A stretch of 32,702 nucleotides of DNA from a candidate division WOR-3 bacterium (GTDB lineage Bacteria; Hydrothermota; Tepidihabitantia; SM23-42; JAOAFX01), in NCBI GenBank assembly GCA_037444665.1, contig JBBILZ010000025.1, positions 1-32,702 of the forward strand. The letters are read 5' to 3'. A model generated the notes under the pieces. The model was not told the origin of the DNA, did not search any database, and was given only the letters and a program-made list of their open reading frames with translations. A program made the position numbers and the translations under genes. Numbering within the stretch: the first letter of the stretch is position 1; each line of letters opens with the position of its first letter. Shown in pieces: positions 29,104-32,702 of this stretch.

Positions 29104-29260
29104 TGCCTCATTTATGAGGCTTTTTTGCAGAGACAATGCCCTATGACCATACCAGCATCCACGCCCAATACCCAATAACCATGCCGATGCTATGCCTTAC
29201 AACCTTAGATCCGTTTCAAAACAAATCCCTGATATAATGCCCGATAAATCGGGCAACTAC
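29099..29260 (-). mobile_element. REP doublet (REPIN-like), copy B
   Basis: GTAGttgcctcatttatgaggc...gcccgataaatcgggcaaCTAC; both REPs have perfect stems; inverted relative to copy A. Confidence 0.88.
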
Positions 29261-29341
29261 AATTTAATGTAGGAATGCTTTTAGCTTTGGTAAAGGCGGA
29301 GCTTAAATCAGATAGGTTGAGAGGACCATTACATTTGGTTC

Positions 29342-29369
29342 TTGACATTTTTCTTTTTTTGAATATAAT
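29342..29369 (+). promoter_or_regulatory. Sigma70-type promoter of tetR
   Basis: Perfect TTGACA-N16-TATAAT. Confidence 0.75.
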
Positions 29370-29377
29370 AGAGTATG

Positions 29378-29408
29378 ATTTTGAACAAAAAACTATTTTG
29401 GTCGAAAA
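29378..29408. promoter_or_regulatory. Putative TetR operator 1
   Basis: attttgaacaaaaaactattttggtcgaaaa is an imperfect palindrome resembling 30031-30061. Confidence 0.65.
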
Positions 29409-29426
29409 ATCAAAATAAGGGGTTAT

Positions 29427-30011
29427 ATGGCAGTCTCTAAAAAGGCAGTGCGTGATGCAATCGTTGATACTGCCAGGTATATTTTTGCACGTTTTGGTTA
29501 TCGCAAGACAACTATGGATGCTATTGCCCGTGCCGCCCGGAAAGGAAAGAGTTCGGTCTATTATTATTTTAAAAACAAAGAGGAAATTTTTCTTGCAGTC
29601 GTCAATAAAGAAGTCGGCAGCGTAAAAGAAGAGATTAGAAATGCCATTGCATCAACCTCAGACCCAAAGGAAAAACTAACGATATATGTTCTTACCCGAA
29701 TGAGAGTATTATATCGCATTGCCCATTTTTATAGTTCTTTTCGGGAAGAATACTTGCAGGAGTATGATTTTATACAGCGATTCAGAGAAGACCTTGACCG
29801 CTATGAGACAAAGATTATTCTTGATATTTTGCGCGACGGTATAAAGAAAAAGGTTTTCTCTATTTCAGATCCAATAACCGCAGCAAATTCCATTGTCGTT
29901 GCCTTGAAGGGTTTTGAATATTACTGGGGAACTGAAGAGAATATTACAAAACTTGAAAAGCAGACTGAAGATATGCTGGAGATGTTATATCGCGGGATTC
30001 TGAAAAAATGA
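29427..30011 (+). CDS. TetR/AcrR family transcriptional regulator
   Basis: F-x-x-x-GY-x-x-TTM-x-x-IA-x-x-A-x-x-GK-x-x-x-YYYF-x-x-KEE HTH. Confidence 0.93.
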   Translation: MAVSKKAVRDAIVDTARYIFARFGYRKTTMDAIARAARKGKSSVYYYFKNKEEIFLAVVNKEVGSVKEEIRNAIASTSDPKEKLTIYVLTRMRVLYRIAHFYSSFREEYLQEYDFIQRFREDLDRYETKIILDILRDGIKKKVFSISDPITAANSIVVALKGFEYYWGTEENITKLEKQTEDMLEMLYRGILKK

Positions 30012-30030
30012 ATAAAAAATTTTTTTGTAT

Positions 30031-30061
30031 TTTTCGACCAAAAAACATTTTTGGTTGAAAA
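30031..30061. promoter_or_regulatory. Putative TetR operator 2
   Basis: ttttcgaccaaaaa-aca-tttttggttgaaaa is a near-perfect palindrome upstream of the MMPL gene. Confidence 0.7.
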
Positions 30062-30081
30062 TTCTAAAAAGGGGATAAAAA

Positions 30082-32319
30082 ATGGCAGGATTGAGCAGGT
30101 TGATAATTAAATTTCGTATTCTTATAATCTTGGTGATAATGTGTATAACATTATTTTTCGGCTATTTTTTAAAAAACATAAAAATTAATCCGGATTTAAC
30201 AAGTTATTTGCCAGAGACTGACCCATATGTAAAACTGGCGCGGTATATTGGTGATGAATATGGGGGAAATTTGCTGGCGATTATTGCCCTTGAAACCGAT
30301 GATGTGTTTAATCGCAGGACAATTGAACAAATAAACCATCTCACCAATGAATTTAAACAGGTTTCAGGGGTGCAGTATGTATTGAGTCTAACCAATATCC
30401 TGGACATTAAATCTACTGAAGAAGGGATGGAAATTGTCCGTTTGATTGATGAGTATAATTTACCTGCGACAGAAGAAGAGTTCAGAACACTCAAGGAATA
30501 TACACTTGCTAAAGATATCTATAAAGGAATTGTTTCCCGGGATGCCAGAGTTACTTTGATTATTTGTCGTTTGACCCGAGGAGGTATGGAGATTGCTCGT
30601 GAATTAAAAAAGATAGTGGAAAATAGCAATTTAATAGAAAAATATTATTTTGCTGGTCTGCCATTCCAAATGCTTGATATCAGCGACCTTGTAATCAAAG
30701 ACATAAAATTGCTCATACCTTTTATTATTCTTATGCTCGTCATAGTGCTCTGGTTTGCTTATCGTTCACTGTTTTTTGTATTTCTTCCTTTAGTTGCAGT
30801 AGGAATAAGCACTGTCTGGACCATTGGATTAATGAGCCTTTTGAAAATACCACTGACCATAATCTCCAATATAATGCCGGTAATAATTATTGCGGTAGGT
30901 AGTGCCTATGGCATACATATAATATGTAAATTACAGGAAGAAAAGTATGGAGTCAATCAATCTGAAGCTATATCAAAGAGCCTAAGCAAGGTGTTTGTTC
31001 CAGTTCTGCTTGCCTGTGTGACAACGATGATTGGTTTTGTCTCTTTTATTTTTGGTTCCTACCTTACGATGATCCGTGAATTTGGAATCTTTACTGCCCT
31101 GGGAGTCTTTTTTGCCTTTATCAATGCAGTAATATTCATTCCATCGGTTCTTGCAGTCTTGCCTGCAAAATCAGTGAATCAAAAGATTTCTCCAGGAAAA
31201 GAAGTGTCCTTTCTTACCCGTCTCGCCAGATTTGTTTTAAATTGGCGGTTATTGATTGTGATTATTTCTATTTTAATTGTAGTATTCTTTGCATTGATGA
31301 TTCCGCGGATTCAGAGAAAAGTAGATTTCCTTGATTATTTTAAACCTGATAGTCGTATAAAAAAGACTGAAGAATTGATTATTAAAGAATTTGGCGGCTC
31401 AGTGCCATTACAAATTCTTATCAATGGCAATCTGCAGGACCCAAAGGTTCTGATTGAGTTACAGAAATTGACCGATTTTCTCAATACACTTGGTGAAGTG
31501 AATAATCCTGTTTCCATTCTTGATTACATAAAAGAGATGAACTATGCAGTTGTGGGTAAAAAAGAGATTCCTGATACACCAGAAAAGGTTGCCAACCTTT
31601 TCTTTCTTATTGAGGGTGAAGAGGCAATTGCCCAATTTGCTAATACAGACAAAACAGAGGGCGTATTGCAGGCTACAGTTAAAGGGTTGTATACCAAAAA
31701 CAGCACTGATATGATGAAGCAGATTGAGGATTACATTATGAAGCATAATAGTGAGTACTGCCATTTCCAGTTGACCGGCACAGCAAAGATATATGACAGG
31801 TTAGACCAATCGCTTTTGCGCAGTCAGTCACAGAGTTTGATTATGGCAGTAGTGTTAATATTCATCTGTCTTATCTTTCTTGTCGGTTCAGTACCAGTGG
31901 CAATTATCGGTTTAGTGCCCATCGGTTTTACACTGTTTATAGTCTTTGGTTTTATGGGCTTGGTAAAGATTCCTTTAGATGTTGCCACAGTGCTGGTTGG
32001 GAGTGTTTCTATTGGTATCGGCATTGATTATACAATCCATTTTATCAATCGTCTGCGCCAGGAATTAAAGGATAATAATATAAAAGAAGCAATACTTGCT
32101 ACAATCAGCACCACTGGTAACCCAATAGTTATTAATATGCTTACAGTAATGAGTGGATTTTTGATTCTAATCTTTGCCAATCTCATTCCCTTAGAAAACT
32201 TTGGTATTCTTGTTTGTCTGACAATGTTCAGTTCTGGTCTTTCTGCCCTTTTAATTTTGCCCTCTTTGATTCTTGTGTTAAAGATAAAATTTAATAAAAA
32301 AAATGAAAAGGAGGTATGA
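30082..32319 (+). CDS. MMPL/RND superfamily transporter
   Basis: Two repeats of one TM, a periplasmic loop and a TM bundle; TT-x-IGF-x-S, GIGIDY-x-IH-x-x-x-R and FG-x-L motifs. Confidence 0.9.
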   Translation: MAGLSRLIIKFRILIILVIMCITLFFGYFLKNIKINPDLTSYLPETDPYVKLARYIGDEYGGNLLAIIALETDDVFNRRTIEQINHLTNEFKQVSGVQYVLSLTNILDIKSTEEGMEIVRLIDEYNLPATEEEFRTLKEYTLAKDIYKGIVSRDARVTLIICRLTRGGMEIARELKKIVENSNLIEKYYFAGLPFQMLDISDLVIKDIKLLIPFIILMLVIVLWFAYRSLFFVFLPLVAVGISTVWTIGLMSLLKIPLTIISNIMPVIIIAVGSAYGIHIICKLQEEKYGVNQSEAISKSLSKVFVPVLLACVTTMIGFVSFIFGSYLTMIREFGIFTALGVFFAFINAVIFIPSVLAVLPAKSVNQKISPGKEVSFLTRLARFVLNWRLLIVIISILIVVFFALMIPRIQRKVDFLDYFKPDSRIKKTEELIIKEFGGSVPLQILINGNLQDPKVLIELQKLTDFLNTLGEVNNPVSILDYIKEMNYAVVGKKEIPDTPEKVANLFFLIEGEEAIAQFANTDKTEGVLQATVKGLYTKNSTDMMKQIEDYIMKHNSEYCHFQLTGTAKIYDRLDQSLLRSQSQSLIMAVVLIFICLIFLVGSVPVAIIGLVPIGFTLFIVFGFMGLVKIPLDVATVLVGSVSIGIGIDYTIHFINRLRQELKDNNIKEAILATISTTGNPIVINMLTVMSGFLILIFANLIPLENFGILVCLTMFSSGLSALLILPSLILVLKIKFNKKNEKEV

Positions 32320-32702
32320 TGTTTTTCAAAAAGACTAACCTATGCATCTGGGCATTGTGTTTTATTCCAGCACTCATATCTGGTGCTGAAGATTTGAATG
32401 CCCGGGAAATATTAAACAAAGTTGACGAGGTCCTACTCAATGCTAAGGACCAACAGATGGTAATGAAAATACTTATTGTGGATAAGAAAGGTAGTAGAAA
32501 AGAGCGGGAAGTATTAATTTATCAAAAGGGCGATAATAAGCGGCTGGCAAAGGTTGTTCAACCTGCTGACCAACGCGGTATTGGTTTCTTATCTTTGCCT
32601 GGAGACATAATCTATGTCTATTTACCGGCATACAAAAAGGTCAGGCGGATTGCTTCCCATGTGAAGAATAATAAATTTGCTGGCACTGATTTTACTTATG
32701 AA
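32316..32702 (+). CDS. Outer-membrane lipoprotein-sorting (LolA-like) protein, truncated by the window end
   Basis: Translated by hand: MMFFKKTNLCIWALCFIPALISGAEDLNAREILNKVD...PADQRGIGFL...YLPAYKKVRRI...FAGTDFTYE; not in the ORF track because there is no stop; start could be 32319. Confidence 0.85.
   Translation, partial: MMFFKKTNLCIWALCFIPALISGAEDLNAREILNKVDEVLLNAKDQQMVMKILIVDKKGSRKEREVLIYQKGDNKRLAKVVQPADQRGIGFLSLPGDIIYVYLPAYKKVRRIASHVKNNKFAGTDFTYE

Noticed and set aside
29136..29237. 33-aa ORF (MPYDHTSIHAQYPITM...) inside REP doublet B
   Set aside because: Frameshifted in copy A, no convincing RBS, no recognisable motif.

Overview
An AT-rich chromosomal window from a diderm bacterium. Gene content and style resemble FCB-related candidate phyla such as WOR-3, which is an inference only. 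In order it carries: a repeat-dense left end with a DUF433/DUF5615 (PIN) toxin-antitoxin pair; asnS; a minus-strand block (class V PLP aminotransferase, comM/yifB, a RAYT-like Y1-transposase homolog, M42 peptidase, gyrB, dciA, recF, an HExxH outer-membrane protein, rlmD); nfeD followed by a small barrel-like gene and an HhH-barrel gene; an exported ARPP-1 protein; DUF4389; an anti-sigma/bactofilin-membrane operon separated from its ECF sigma by a TonB-receptor/DUF4249 pair; an SPFH gene; tmRNA (tag ANTGYALAA); a GIY-YIG gene bracketed by a duplicated tmRNA 3' end; and tetR-MMPL-LolA-like (truncated). Four observations stand out. (1) The RAYT homolog has lost its HUH histidines, has no flanking REPs and sits at the end of the recF-dciA-gyrB operon, so it is a candidate domesticated transposase, while GTAG-REP doublets lie elsewhere in the window. 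(2) An integrase-free cassette of about 390 bp carrying the GIY-YIG gene sits at ssrA, with its own inverted hairpin ends. (3) Small palindromes are inserted into the loops of other palindromes. (4) Promoters are strikingly uniform: 16-bp -35/-10 spacers, mostly leaderless mRNAs, and a recurring AGAGGA motif upstream of the -35 box.
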